64,000 nucleotides of DNA, from contig JBGSTS010000223.1 of assembly GCA_041736435.1 (NCBI GenBank), positions 1,169 to 65,168 of the forward strand, written 5' to 3'. The notes under the pieces were generated by a model that did not search any database, was not told the DNA's origin, and was given only the letters and a program-made list of their open reading frames with translations. Source of the DNA: Desulfobacterales bacterium (lineage in GTDB: Bacteria > Desulfobacterota > Desulfobacteria > Desulfobacterales > SpSt-501). Shown here one piece after another: positions 55,052 through 64,000 of the stretch (within the stretch, counting starts at the first letter, position 1; each line of letters begins with the position of its first letter). The translations under genes were made by a program, and so were the position numbers.

Positions 55052-55112
55052 ACGGCATGACGTCGTCAAACACATAGCCTGCCACAACGGGTTAGCGAGC
55101 TGGAGGGAGAAC

Positions 55113-56534
55113 ATGTCGGTCGAAACAACGGCGAAGGAAAAAAAGCAGAAGAAAAATCGCGTGCAGATGCCCGAGCAGCCGCCCAAGGTCAGGGCGCGGA
55201 ACTTTATAGAAGTTCCCACGGGGTACACGTCGGAGATGGCGCGCGAGGAGGCGTCGCGCTGCCTGCAGTGCAAAAACCCCGGGTGCGTCGAGGGCTGCCC
55301 GGTCGGCGTCGACATCCCGGGCTTCATCAAGCTCGTGCATGAGGGCGAGTTCACTCAGGCCATTCGCCACATCTGGACCATGAACAGCCTGCCGGCGGTT
55401 TGCGGCCGGGTTTGCCCCCAGGAGAGCCAGTGCGAGGGCCAGTGTGTTCTGGGCAAGAAGGGCGAGCCGGTTGCCATCGGCAACCTGGAGCGGTTCGCGG
55501 CGGATTGGGAGCGGGCGCAGGGCACCGGCGCGCTGCCGCCGAAAGCTGCCGCCAGCGGGAAGAAAGTGGCGGTGGTCGGCGCCGGGCCTGCCGGTCTGAC
55601 CGTGGCCGGCGACCTGATCCAAAAGGGCCACGATGTGACGGTGTTCGAGGCCTTCCACAAACCGGGCGGGGTGCTGCTTTACGGCATCCCCGAGTTCCGT
55701 CTGCCCAAGGAGATCGTGGCCCAGGAGGTCAATTTCCTGGAGCGCCTGGGGGTGAAGGTGGAGTGCAACGCGGTGGTGGGCCGGACCATCACCTTAGATG
55801 AGTTGTTCGAGCAGGGCTATCAGGCCATCTTCCTGGGAGTGGGCGCCGGGCTGCCCAAGTTCATGAACATCCCGGGCGAAAACCTGGTGGGGATCCTCTC
55901 CGCCAACGAATACCTCACCCGGGCCAACCTGATGAAAGCCTATCTCTTCCCCAAAGTGGACACTCCGATTCCGCACGGCAAGGAGGTCGTGGTGCTCGGG
56001 GGCGGGAACGTGGCCATGGATTCCGCTCGCACCGCCTTGCGTTTGGGGGCGGACCGGGTGCGGTTGGTCTACCGTCGCTCGCGGGAGGAGATGCCGGCGC
56101 GGGCTGCCGAAGCCCATCATGCCGAGGAGGAGGGCATCGAGTTCTTTCTGCTCACCAATCCGGTGCGCTACCTCGGAAACGAAAAAGGGCGCTTGACGGG
56201 CATGGAGTGCATCAAGATGGAGCTGGGGGAACCGGACGCTTCCGGCCGGCGGCGACCGGTGGCCGTGAAGGGCTCGGAGTTCAAGATCGACTGCGACCTG
56301 TGCATCGTCGCGGTGGGCACCGGCGCTAACCCGCTCTTGACAAGCTCGACCCCGGACCTCAAGCTGAACAAATGGGGCTATATCGATACCGATCCAAAAA
56401 CCGGTAAAACCAAAAAGAAAGGGGTCTGGGCCGGCGGGGACATCGTCACCGGCTCCGCCACCGTCATTTTGGCCATGGGGGCGGGGCGGGGCGCCGCCAA
56501 CTCGATCCACGACTATTTGAACTTCGGCTGGTAA
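55113..56534 (+). CDS. nfnB: NfnB / glutamate synthase small-chain-like NADPH-dependent oxidoreductase
   Basis: CLQCKNPGCVEGCPVGVDIPGFI, CGRVCPQESQCEGQC, VAVVGAGPAGLTVAGDL, VVVLGGGNVAMD, VWAGGDIVTG. Confidence 0.8.
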   Translation: MSVETTAKEKKQKKNRVQMPEQPPKVRARNFIEVPTGYTSEMAREEASRCLQCKNPGCVEGCPVGVDIPGFIKLVHEGEFTQAIRHIWTMNSLPAVCGRVCPQESQCEGQCVLGKKGEPVAIGNLERFAADWERAQGTGALPPKAAASGKKVAVVGAGPAGLTVAGDLIQKGHDVTVFEAFHKPGGVLLYGIPEFRLPKEIVAQEVNFLERLGVKVECNAVVGRTITLDELFEQGYQAIFLGVGAGLPKFMNIPGENLVGILSANEYLTRANLMKAYLFPKVDTPIPHGKEVVVLGGGNVAMDSARTALRLGADRVRLVYRRSREEMPARAAEAHHAEEEGIEFFLLTNPVRYLGNEKGRLTGMECIKMELGEPDASGRRRPVAVKGSEFKIDCDLCIVAVGTGANPLLTSSTPDLKLNKWGYIDTDPKTGKTKKKGVWAGGDIVTGSATVILAMGAGRGAANSIHDYLNFGW

Positions 56535-56557
56535 GTCCTTTACGTCAGCATCCGTTG

Positions 56558-56594
56558 CGCCGGGCGGCCATGTCCTGCCCGGCGTTTTTATTTT
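56558..56594 (+). terminator. intrinsic terminator after nfnB; its T-tract overlaps the stop of the convergent DUF47 gene
   Basis: CGCCGGGC-(11 nt)-GCCCGGCG followed by TTTTTATTTT. Confidence 0.65.
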
Positions 56595-57256
56595 GAGATC
56601 ATAGCGCGCATCATGTCACCGGCATTTTCGGCGTGGTCGGCAATCGACCCGATGATTTCCGCCAGCCGCACCATGTGGAAGACCGTGACCCCATCCAGCC
56701 CCATGTTGAACACCTTTTCCTTGACCAGGTCCTCGGCGAGGTCGGCCTCATGCTCCTTCTGGCGTATGGATCGAATGAGGTCCTTGACCTTTGCGCGCTG
56801 GCCTTCGGAATAGGTCCGAAAATAGTGCCGGGCTTCTGCGAGCATGACCCCCATAGCATCCACCGCGTCCAGCGACGCCTCGACCAGCAGCAAAATGTCC
56901 TTGTGAATCTCCTCCGGGACGCCCGGCTCCTTTCGAAACGACAGCCAATCGAGCGTGTCTTGCACGGAATCCAAGACGTTGTCTTGCTCGCCGAGATAGC
57001 GGAACAGCTGGAATTTGTCCACCGGCATGAGGGTGCCCTTGGGCAGGTGGCCGCGGATGCGGCGCTTGATGGCATCGGCCTGGTGCTCGAGGTCGTCAAC
57101 CACCTGCTTGAGTTCGGCAAAGCGATGGCATTCGTTGGAGATGTGGCACTCGATCGCCTCCTGGAAGGCTGCTCCACACTCCTTGACTTTGTCCATGTGT
57201 TCGATAAGCCCTTCCAGGGGCGAGGGCTTGAACAAGTTGAAAAACGGAAACCGCAT
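56588..57256 (-). CDS. DUF47 / TIGR00153-family protein (PhoU-like, PiT-associated)
   Basis: MRFPFFNLFKPSPLEGLIEHMDKVKEC...HQADAIKRRIRGHL... is typical of the family. Adjacent to PiT. Confidence 0.8.
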   Translation of the reverse strand: MRFPFFNLFKPSPLEGLIEHMDKVKECGAAFQEAIECHISNECHRFAELKQVVDDLEHQADAIKRRIRGHLPKGTLMPVDKFQLFRYLGEQDNVLDSVQDTLDWLSFRKEPGVPEEIHKDILLLVEASLDAVDAMGVMLAEARHYFRTYSEGQRAKVKDLIRSIRQKEHEADLAEDLVKEKVFNMGLDGVTVFHMVRLAEIIGSIADHAENAGDMMRAMISK

Positions 57257-57272
57257 GTCTTCCTCCCCGTTT

Positions 57273-58499
57273 CTACAAGAAGAGTCTGAGGGTGGTGTAA
57301 ACGGCCACGCAGGTCAGCGCCGCCGCCGGCACGGTCAGGACCCAGTACAGGATAATACGAAATACGACGCTTAGATTGACGGCATCGATCCCACCGGCCA
57401 GCCCGACCCCGATGATGCCTCCCACGGCGGAGTGAGTGGTCGACACCGGCAGCCCGAGCTTGGATGCAATCAGCACCGTGGTGGCGGCAGCGAATTCGAC
57501 CGAAAAGCCGCGGGTGTTGGTCAGGGTCGTGACCCGTTCGCCCAGCGTTTCCATCACTCGGCGGCCGGCCATGACGATGCCCGCTGCGATCCCGACCCCG
57601 CCGAAAAGCAGCAGGAATATGGGTACGGGGACCTTGCTGCCGATTTCCCCGTAGGTCACGAAAAAATAGATCACGGCCAGCGGCCCGATGGCATTGGCAA
57701 CGTCATTGGCGCCTTGCGCCAGGGCGACGTAGCAGGCAGTACCGACCTGGATGAAGCGGAAAACGGCCTCCGCGCCCTTTTCGGGGTGCCGGCGCACCGT
57801 TCGGTCCAAAGCCCATTTCCCCGCATAGCCCACCATGGCAGCCGCCAGGATGGAGAGGATCGTCGCCAGAGGGGTGGCCACCTGCAGCGTTTTACCCAAC
57901 GGGGTTTTGTAAAGAAACGACATGACGACAATGAAAACGGCCAGCCCGATGAACAGCGGCGAATAGTGCAGGGCACGCTCGTGGGGCTTGGATCGCGCCA
58001 TGACCAGCCATACGATGAGCTTGAACATGCCCAGCCCGATGACCAGCGCAAACAGCGGGGAAATGACCCAGCTCAGCACTACACCGCCCATGACGTTCCA
58101 CTGGATGGCCGCGAACCCGCTGGAGGTGACGCCGAAACCGATCATAGCGCCGACGATGGAATGGGTGGTGGAGACCGGCAGCGATCGCCAGGTGGCGAAG
58201 CTGACCCAGAGCGCTGCCGAAAGCAGCGCCGAGAGGGCGCCGACGATGGTGTCGCGGGGATCGGCCAGAACCTCGGGGGAGACAATTCCGTGGCGGATGG
58301 TGTCGGTCACATGGGAGCCGATGAAGGCGGCGCCGACCACGTTGAGAACCGCGGCGATCACCATGGCCTGCCTGACGGTGATCGCCTTGGCGCCCACCGC
58401 CGACGCCATCGAATTGGCCAGATCGTTCGCGCCGATGTTCCAGGCCATGTAGAGTCCGACGGCGTATCCGAGAACCAGGATGATACTCTCCGGTGACAT
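57273..58499 (-). CDS. inorganic phosphate transporter, PiT family
   Basis: Start at ATG 58499 (MSPESIILVL...). Duplicated signature GANDLANSMASAVG / GANDVANAIGPL, and ...VSTTHSIVGAMIG / VSTTHSAVGGIIG. Confidence 0.9.
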   Translation of the reverse strand: MSPESIILVLGYAVGLYMAWNIGANDLANSMASAVGAKAITVRQAMVIAAVLNVVGAAFIGSHVTDTIRHGIVSPEVLADPRDTIVGALSALLSAALWVSFATWRSLPVSTTHSIVGAMIGFGVTSSGFAAIQWNVMGGVVLSWVISPLFALVIGLGMFKLIVWLVMARSKPHERALHYSPLFIGLAVFIVVMSFLYKTPLGKTLQVATPLATILSILAAAMVGYAGKWALDRTVRRHPEKGAEAVFRFIQVGTACYVALAQGANDVANAIGPLAVIYFFVTYGEIGSKVPVPIFLLLFGGVGIAAGIVMAGRRVMETLGERVTTLTNTRGFSVEFAAATTVLIASKLGLPVSTTHSAVGGIIGVGLAGGIDAVNLSVVFRIILYWVLTVPAAALTCVAVYTTLRLFL

Positions 58500-58671
58500 G
58501 GCCCCTGCAGAAATAGGTATTGGAATGAAAACCAGGCTGCGGGATACCACGGCAGGCTGCCGGAGTCAACGCGCATGCGCGGGCATGATCTTACACGGAT
58601 AAGCCCCTTCCAGGATCTCAGAGGTCTTTGCTTTCGAGCAGGCCGTCGGCCGGCGGTGGGGGGGTGCCGAT

Positions 58672-59217
58672 CTAACCGAACAGATCCACCCATTCCAGGA
58701 AGCGTTCCACCTTGTCCTCACCGTGCGGACGGAGGCTGGCGACGATCCGGTCGATCGGCTTTTCCGCGGGTGGGTTACCGTTTTCGTTCTTCGAAAAAAA
58801 TTTGTCGGCGTAGCAGATAAGCTGCTCCTCGATTGAAATCGGCAGCATGTCCCGCTCCGGCAGCGGCAGCCGGTTGCGGCGAATGTCCGCGGCGCTAAGC
58901 CCTACACCGACGTGCCGTTCGCAGACCAGGCCGTGGCGGGGCAAGTTAAGGGCGTCGAGAATCTTCCGGCCGAGGAGCCCGTGGCGGATATAGGGGTCGC
59001 TGCCCCAACAGCCCAGACCGGGGCTGTGGGTGAGAAAGATGCCGATGTCGTGGAGCATGGCGGCGCTTTCGAGGAAGGCGAGATCCGGATGCAGGTGGGT
59101 CACACGGGCGGCAGCGGCCAGTGCCTTGCGGGCCACCAGGTGCCCGTGCTCCACGAGGATGCGGTGGGATGCGGATCCCGGCGCGTAATAGCGCTCGATA
59201 ACCTCGAGAGGGTCCAT
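58672..59217 (-). CDS. HD-domain phosphohydrolase
   Basis: H...MLHDIGIFLTH (HD motif), 181 aa. Confidence 0.7.
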   Translation of the reverse strand: MDPLEVIERYYAPGSASHRILVEHGHLVARKALAAAARVTHLHPDLAFLESAAMLHDIGIFLTHSPGLGCWGSDPYIRHGLLGRKILDALNLPRHGLVCERHVGVGLSAADIRRNRLPLPERDMLPISIEEQLICYADKFFSKNENGNPPAEKPIDRIVASLRPHGEDKVERFLEWVDLFG

Positions 59218-59225
59218 GGGAACGC

Positions 59226-60342
59226 TTAGGCCGACTTGGCACCCTCCATGCTGCGGGCGAGAAGCACCCCTTCGATAAAGGGATCAATTCCCCCGTCCAG
59301 GACCTCGGTCACGTTGCCGATGTCCAAACCGATCCGGTGGTCTTTGACCAATTGGTAGGGCTGCAGCACATAGGAGCGAATCTGGCTGCCCCAGGCGATA
59401 TCCTCCTTGCTGTCGTGAATCTCCTGAAGCTTTTCGTCCTGCTTTTGCTTTTCGCGCTGGTGCAACCGGGCCCGCAGGACTTTCATGGCCAGGTCCTTGT
59501 TGCGATACTGGGACTTTTCCTGCTGGCACTGGACGACGATTCCGCTCGGCAGGTGGGTGATGCGCACGGCGCTGCTGGTCTTGTTGACATGCTGGCCGCC
59601 GGAGCCGCTGGCGCGAAAGACGTCAATGCGCAGGTCCTTTTCCTCGACCTCCACCACGATCTCGCTGTCGAGTTCAGGAAAGACGAAAACCGATGCGAAG
59701 GATGTATGCCGTTTGCCGCTGGCGTTGAAGGGGGAAATTCGGACCAGCCGGTGAACGCCCACTTCGGATTTGAGATAGCCATAGGCATTTTCGCCGCTGG
59801 CCGTAAAGGTGGCGCTCTTGATTCCGGCTTCCTCTCCGGGCTGCAGGTCGATCAGTTCGAGTTTGTACCCCTTGCGTTCGACCCAGCGTGTGTACATGCG
59901 GAAGAGCATGTTGGCCCAATCCTGGGCCTCGGTACCGCCGGCGCCGGCATTGATGGAGACAATCGCATTGCGATCATCGTCCTCGCCGTCCAGCATGATA
60001 TCGACGGCAAAGCGATCCACACGCCGGCGCAGATCCTCGGATTGGCGGCCGAGATCGGCGAGCGTGGCCTCATCGTGCTCGTCGACCGCCATTTCCAGGA
60101 GCCCCTGATGTTCTTCCAGCTCCTGCTGAAGCTGTTTGAAGCGCTCCAGGCGGTTGCTGACGGCGGTGCGCTCTTTCAAGGCGACTTTGGCCTTTTCGGG
60201 CGTGTTCCAAAAACCCTCTCGGCCGACGATGGCCTCAAGTTCCGCCAGGCGTCGTTCTTTGCCCGCTACGTCAAAGACAGTCCCTGATCTTTTGGATTTT
60301 GGCGCTGACATCCCTGAGGGTCTGCTTGATTTCGTAAGACAT
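59226..60342 (-). CDS. prfB: peptide chain release factor 2, requires programmed +1 frameshift at CTT TGA C (TGA at 60271-60273)
   Basis: Frame 0 reads ATG 60342 MSYEIKQTLRDVSAKIQKIRDCL then TGA. The +1 frame continues DVAGKERRLAELEAIV... through RISPFNASGKRHTSF (SPF) and SGSGGQHVNKT (GGQ) to 59226. AAGGAGG lies upstream of the ATG, and an SD-like AGGGA lies just before the shift site. Confidence 0.95.
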
Positions 60343-60383
60343 TTGATTTTCCTCCTTTGGCAATGCACCGCCTCGATCGGTTT

Positions 60384-61961
60384 TCAGCTGCGAGGGGCAG
60401 GCCGTTTTCGTCTTGAGGCCCACCACCCCCACCCGGCCCCGACGATGCTGACCGCCAGGCACCCGGCGGCGAAGACGTCTCCATGGCGAGTGTAGAAGGT
60501 CTGGGTGTCCAGCAGCGGTATTGACCGCGTAACAGCGGCCTCCGCCATCAAGTCCGTAGGATCGAGCATTCGGCCCACCGGGTCGATGAACCCACTGATC
60601 CCCGTGTTGGCTGCCCGCACCAGCGCGCGGCGGTTCTCCACCGCCCGCAGCGTAGCCAGCGAAAAATGCTGATAGGGGCCGGCGGTCGTCCCATACCATG
60701 CATCGTTGGTGATGGTGATCAGCAACCCGGCGCCGCTTTGGACCAGCAGCCGTGAAAGCTGCGGGAAAATGATCTCGTAGCAGATCTGAACCCCGAGCCT
60801 GCGGCCTCCCCAGTCCAGCACCCGGCCTTTCGGCCCCGCGGCGAAGTCGCCGACGTGCTCGACCATCTTGCCTAAAAACGGCAGGTACTCCTTAAACGGT
60901 GTGTACTCGCCGAAGGGGACAAGGTGCGCCTTGTCGTAATGGCCGAGCACTCTGCCGCCGGGGCCGAGCAAATAGGCCCGATTGTAATACTCCACCGTCG
61001 GACCGCGGGGTTCGAAGGCAGGGGCCCCGATCAGGAAATAGGTGTCGGCGGCCGCTACGCCGTCGAGCAGCATGCGCGTGGGCGGCACCTCCCGGAGGAA
61101 GTAAAACGGTGCGGCCGACTCCGGCCAGACAATGAGCTCAGGCTCCCGGTCCCGGGTGGAGAGCGAGAGCCGGATGTATTTTTCGATGGTCGCTGCCTGG
61201 AATGCCGGCTCCCATTTCTGCGACTGCTCGATGTTGCCCTGGATGATTGCAACGCGCACCGTCGGCGCGGTCGAAACCATTCGGTCGATCTCTCCGATGC
61301 GCAGCCCGCCGTAACCCCATGCCAGTACTATCAGCCCGCCAGCAGCGGCAATGCCGCCGATGGCCAGACGGCCGGCCACCGGGGCGGCTTGCCAGTTTTG
61401 CCGGAAGATGGCGAGCGCACCCAGAAACACGGCGGCATTGGCCATGGCGACCAATGCGGAGAGGCCATACACCCCAACTATATCCGATAGTTGAATCAGT
61501 TGCAAACGGGGGATTTGGGAGTAACCTAAAAGGGCCCAGGGAAAGCCTGTGAAGAGGAAGGACCGCAGGTACTCGAATCCGACCCACATCACCGGGAAGA
61601 AAAGCAGTGCTCGCAGCGGGGTCCGGCCGGCCGCCACGAAGCCGCAGGTCATCGGGGCCACAAACATCAGGCTCAGCACGCTGGCAAAGAGGAACAGGAT
61701 CCCCACGCTGAGCAGTGTTGGAAGATGGCCATAAACGACCATCGTCGGGACCAGCCAGTAAAGGAGCGAACAAAAATGGGCGATCCCGAAGATAAGGCCG
61801 CGCCGAAACGCCTCTTTCGGGGCAGTTCCGTTGAGAGCCCAGAGAAGCGGCAGCAGCGCCACCCACGCCAGCCCATCGAAGGACAGCTTGGGAAAACCGG
61901 CGGTCAACAGCAGGCCGCTCAGAATGAGACCAGCCCAGATTTTGACTTCATTTATCATCAT
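60384..61961 (-). CDS. lnt: apolipoprotein N-acyltransferase
   Basis: N-terminal polytopic membrane part plus a C-terminal CN-hydrolase domain (RVAIIQGNIEQSQKW, WPESA, ICYEIIFP). Confidence 0.85.
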   Translation of the reverse strand: MMINEVKIWAGLILSGLLLTAGFPKLSFDGLAWVALLPLLWALNGTAPKEAFRRGLIFGIAHFCSLLYWLVPTMVVYGHLPTLLSVGILFLFASVLSLMFVAPMTCGFVAAGRTPLRALLFFPVMWVGFEYLRSFLFTGFPWALLGYSQIPRLQLIQLSDIVGVYGLSALVAMANAAVFLGALAIFRQNWQAAPVAGRLAIGGIAAAGGLIVLAWGYGGLRIGEIDRMVSTAPTVRVAIIQGNIEQSQKWEPAFQAATIEKYIRLSLSTRDREPELIVWPESAAPFYFLREVPPTRMLLDGVAAADTYFLIGAPAFEPRGPTVEYYNRAYLLGPGGRVLGHYDKAHLVPFGEYTPFKEYLPFLGKMVEHVGDFAAGPKGRVLDWGGRRLGVQICYEIIFPQLSRLLVQSGAGLLITITNDAWYGTTAGPYQHFSLATLRAVENRRALVRAANTGISGFIDPVGRMLDPTDLMAEAAVTRSIPLLDTQTFYTRHGDVFAAGCLAVSIVGAGWGWWASRRKRPAPRS

Positions 61962-61975
61962 GACGAGCGGTTCGT

Positions 61976-61997
61976 AAAAAACCCCGCCTGGGCGGGG
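61976..61997 (-). terminator. terminator-like hairpin on the lnt strand (CCCCGCC-loop-GGCGGGG followed by TTTTTT), ending about 15 nt upstream of the lnt start codon
   Basis: The plus strand reads AAAAAACCCCGCCTGGGCGGGGTT. On the minus strand the U-tract follows the stem. Confidence 0.4.
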
Positions 61998-62098
61998 TTG
62001 TGCCGGAGTCTGAAAGATCAGTTTAGGCTGAAAGCCGGATTGCAGTCAACTGGATTTTCCCTGGTCCATTGCCACCACAAATTGTGTAATTGCCGAAC

Positions 62099-62127
62099 TT
62101 GACACACAACATATATTAATCTATTCT
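62099..62127 (+). promoter_or_regulatory. candidate sigma70 promoter (TTGACA - 17 nt - TATTCT) for the 106-aa ORF
   Basis: Read directly; lies about 48 nt upstream of ATG 62175. Confidence 0.35.
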
Positions 62128-62174
62128 ATTACCCAGATCCTGAAGCGACATCGTCACAACAGGAGGCCAGATCC

Positions 62175-62495
62175 ATGAACGACCTAAGGCAGATTTTCAT
62201 AGACCAACTTGTCAAGAAAGGCGCCGACCCCTCCAGCCTACCCGGAATGCTGCGGGCTCTTTCCAAGATCCTTTCGGCGAATCCGGAAATCGACACGGCA
62301 TCGGCCAACGAAAAACTCTGTTATCTCGGCTGGAACGAGATTCAAGTGGATTATCATCTTCTGCAGCTTGCGTTGGCCTATTTCGAATCGGAGGAGCCCG
62401 GATCCTCCGAGCGCTTTGAGCAAAACGAGAGCCGTCGTCAAGCCATGCGACTAAGAGAGTTGACAACCACCCCGCTTGCCCTGGGGGAAGCCTGA
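62175..62495 (+). CDS. hypothetical 106-aa protein
   Basis: AGGAGG lies 7 nt upstream of the ATG. Helical-looking sequence with no recognised domain. Confidence 0.5.
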   Translation: MNDLRQIFIDQLVKKGADPSSLPGMLRALSKILSANPEIDTASANEKLCYLGWNEIQVDYHLLQLALAYFESEEPGSSERFEQNESRRQAMRLRELTTTPLALGEA

Positions 62496-62538
62496 AGCGT
62501 ACTCAAGCTGTCCGACGCTCACCCTGAACGGCCGCGCA

Positions 62539-62946
62539 TCAGAGCATCCGCGCTGCTGCCAGATATCCCGCGACCGACACCAGAGCACTCAGAACCATGC
62601 CCCACCCGATGTCCACAACCACGATGGGCAGGGGCCAGTCCTTTAAGGTCGCCAGGTTTGTAAGGTCGTAGGTGGCATAGGTAAACAGCCCATACAAGGC
62701 CCCTAAAACCGCAGCGCGTGCAAGCGATCGATGGTCGAGGGCGGGATCGACGGCGAATATCAGCATGCCGGCCACAAACAGTAAATAAAATACGAACGCT
62801 GCCGGCCATTTCACTTTGTCCGCAAAAAACCGGCCGAGGTGCCTCGTGTAGAAACCTCTGGCGGCTATCCCCAGCCAAGCCAAATCCACAGCTAAAAATG
62901 CGGCGAGCATGATGGCGTAAACCGCACTTATGGTCGTATAGGACAT
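62539..62946 (-). CDS. DUF2177-family small membrane protein
   Basis: MSYTTISAVYAIMLAAFLAVDLAWLGIAARGFY... Four TM segments, about 135 aa. Confidence 0.6.
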   Translation of the reverse strand: MSYTTISAVYAIMLAAFLAVDLAWLGIAARGFYTRHLGRFFADKVKWPAAFVFYLLFVAGMLIFAVDPALDHRSLARAAVLGALYGLFTYATYDLTNLATLKDWPLPIVVVDIGWGMVLSALVSVAGYLAAARML

Positions 62947-63055
62947 ACGAAGGGTTTCCTTTCAATGCGGTACCAAATTCGAAGTGTGCAAAAAATTTAA
63001 CAACCAAATGTAATACGTATTCGCAGACGATCAACTTGTCCACGAGGAGAAAGAG

Positions 63056-63433
63056 ATGCCGCACGCCATTACCATCACGATCGGAGAGATCAAACTAAAA
63101 GGTGAGTTCAACGAAACCCCAGCTGGACGGGCGATGGCAGCCGCTTTGCCCGTTGAGTGCCGGTGGTTGCGCTGGGGAGATGAGTACTACGGTACGACCA
63201 CGCCTCTTTTGGGAAGCTACCCAGGCCCCGTAACGGATTTGATGGAGGTCGGTGATCTTGCTTACCATGGCCCGAATGGATGGTTGTGCCTGTTCTTCGG
63301 GCCGACACCGGCCAGCCGCGGCACCGAGCCCCGGGCTTCGGTGCCGGTTCAGAAGGTCGGCCGGGTTATGGGAGACTGGGACACCGTGAAGACCTTTGGC
63401 GATGCCGTCAATGCACGGATTGAGTCTGAGTAG
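63056..63433 (+). CDS. cyclophilin-like-fold small protein (uncharacterised family)
   Basis: ITITIGEIKLKGEFNETPAGRAMAAALPVE...WGDEYYG...VGDLAYHGPNGWLCLFFG pattern. Confidence 0.5.
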   Translation: MPHAITITIGEIKLKGEFNETPAGRAMAAALPVECRWLRWGDEYYGTTTPLLGSYPGPVTDLMEVGDLAYHGPNGWLCLFFGPTPASRGTEPRASVPVQKVGRVMGDWDTVKTFGDAVNARIESE

Positions 63434-63694
63434 CCAATACGTTCTGAACCCGTAGGGGTAAACCCAATTGGCAGCTGTTACGTCTAACATTTTCAAATGG
63501 CAGCGATCGCTCATGGCTTGGCGCTGACCGGTTCATCTTTTGAGGCATCTTTACGAGGCGTGGTTCTTCGGGTTCGGCTTTGGAACGATCGGCAAATGAT
63601 GGTATAGTCTGCTTCAGTGAAACCGAGCGAACATCTTCGAAAAGGGCCCGGAGCCTCTCCGCCGGCTCAGCCCCCGGGGGGGTACCGCAGTCAG

Positions 63695-64000
63695 ATGAGC
63701 GCGACAACACCGAAGCCGGTGGTGGTCTCAAAGGCAGAGGTATCCCGGGAGGTCGAGAGGCTGGATCGACCGGTTTCTTCGGAAGAAAACGACCTGGTGC
63801 GTCGTGCACAGCATGGCGACTCGCGGGCGATCGAAGCGCTCATCGGCCGCTACCAGAGGAAAGTTTACGGCATTGCCTACCAGATGTGTGGACTGGACAA
63901 GACCGAAGCCCACGATATGGCCCAGGAAGCGTTGCTGCAGATTTTCAGGAACATAAAACGGTTTGAAGGCCGCTCCCAGTTTTCGACGTGGCTCCATCGG
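63695..64000 (+). CDS. ECF-type sigma-70 family RNA polymerase sigma factor, N-terminal part (runs off the window)
   Basis: Own translation: MSATTPKPVV...EENDLVRRAQHGDSRAIEALIGRYQRKVYGIAYQMCGLDKTEAHDMAQEALLQIFRNIKRFEGRSQFSTWLHR (region 2.1-2.2). Absent from the track because there is no stop inside the window. Confidence 0.85.
   Translation, partial: MSATTPKPVVVSKAEVSREVERLDRPVSSEENDLVRRAQHGDSRAIEALIGRYQRKVYGIAYQMCGLDKTEAHDMAQEALLQIFRNIKRFEGRSQFSTWLHR

Noticed and set aside
57432-58496. 354-aa plus-strand ORF. Analogous long antisense ORFs lie at 59337..60287, 49532..50578, 8633..9577, 15293..16483, 39382..40110 and 40705..41454.
   Set aside because: All lie antisense to genes with strong family motifs (PiT, RF2, serine hydrolase, HK, aminotransferase, MoxR, VWA). 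Their translations have the Arg/Gly/Asp/His-rich bias expected from the non-coding frames of G+C-rich genes.
1-64000. CRISPR arrays, rRNA/tRNA genes, IS elements or prophage integrases
   Set aside because: I saw no regularly spaced repeats, no tRNA cloverleaf candidates and no transposase or integrase-like translations in any frame. Absence was judged by eye only.

Overview
High-G+C chromosomal segment (about 60-65% G+C judged by eye from sampled lines). The gene content looks deltaproteobacterial / Desulfobacterota-like: MglA, NfnAB, a Myxococcus-type PilZ-like domain, UGA-selenocysteine usage and many Fe-S proteins. I support about 60 protein genes, no rRNA or tRNA, no CRISPR, and no recognisable transposase or integrase.

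The flanks are mostly housekeeping or metabolic genes:
- M1 aminopeptidase, Mo-oxidoreductase, hybrid histidine kinase, Kef-type antiporter, Sir2.
- An Lrp-linked mmsA / omega-aminotransferase module.
- ssb, tatA, a MoxR-VWA pair, NfnAB, PiT-DUF47, prfB, lnt, an ECF sigma factor.

The main accessory feature is a visibly lower-G+C block of about 13.5 kb (about 23.8-37.3 kb) between ssb and tatA. It carries:
- A SprT-like/DUF2786 protein.
- An HDOD-GGDEF-REC diguanylate cyclase.
- A compact MSHA/T2SS-like type IV filament system: MshI/J/K-like proteins, a lipoprotein secretin, two prepilin-like proteins, and convergent MshE-like ATPase plus GspF/PilC-like platform genes.

Both convergent operons of this system are preceded by near-perfect sigma54 -24/-12 elements. 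The ATPase N-terminus carries an MshEN-like c-di-GMP-binding motif. No enhancer-binding protein, prepilin peptidase or minor pilin set is present in the window.

Other notable points:
- An OsmC-like gene with an in-frame UGA at the catalytic Cys position and a downstream hairpin (candidate selenoprotein).
- A decaying CUT1-type ABC transporter locus: an in-frame ATPase-to-binding-protein fusion plus a truncated, frameshifted, nonsense-containing glpA-like remnant.
- A serine-hydrolase-DUF1343 (AmiE-NamZ-like) fusion in a cell-wall/polysaccharide cluster.
- The classical prfB +1 frameshift site.

All functional calls come from reading the translations by eye. No database search was run.
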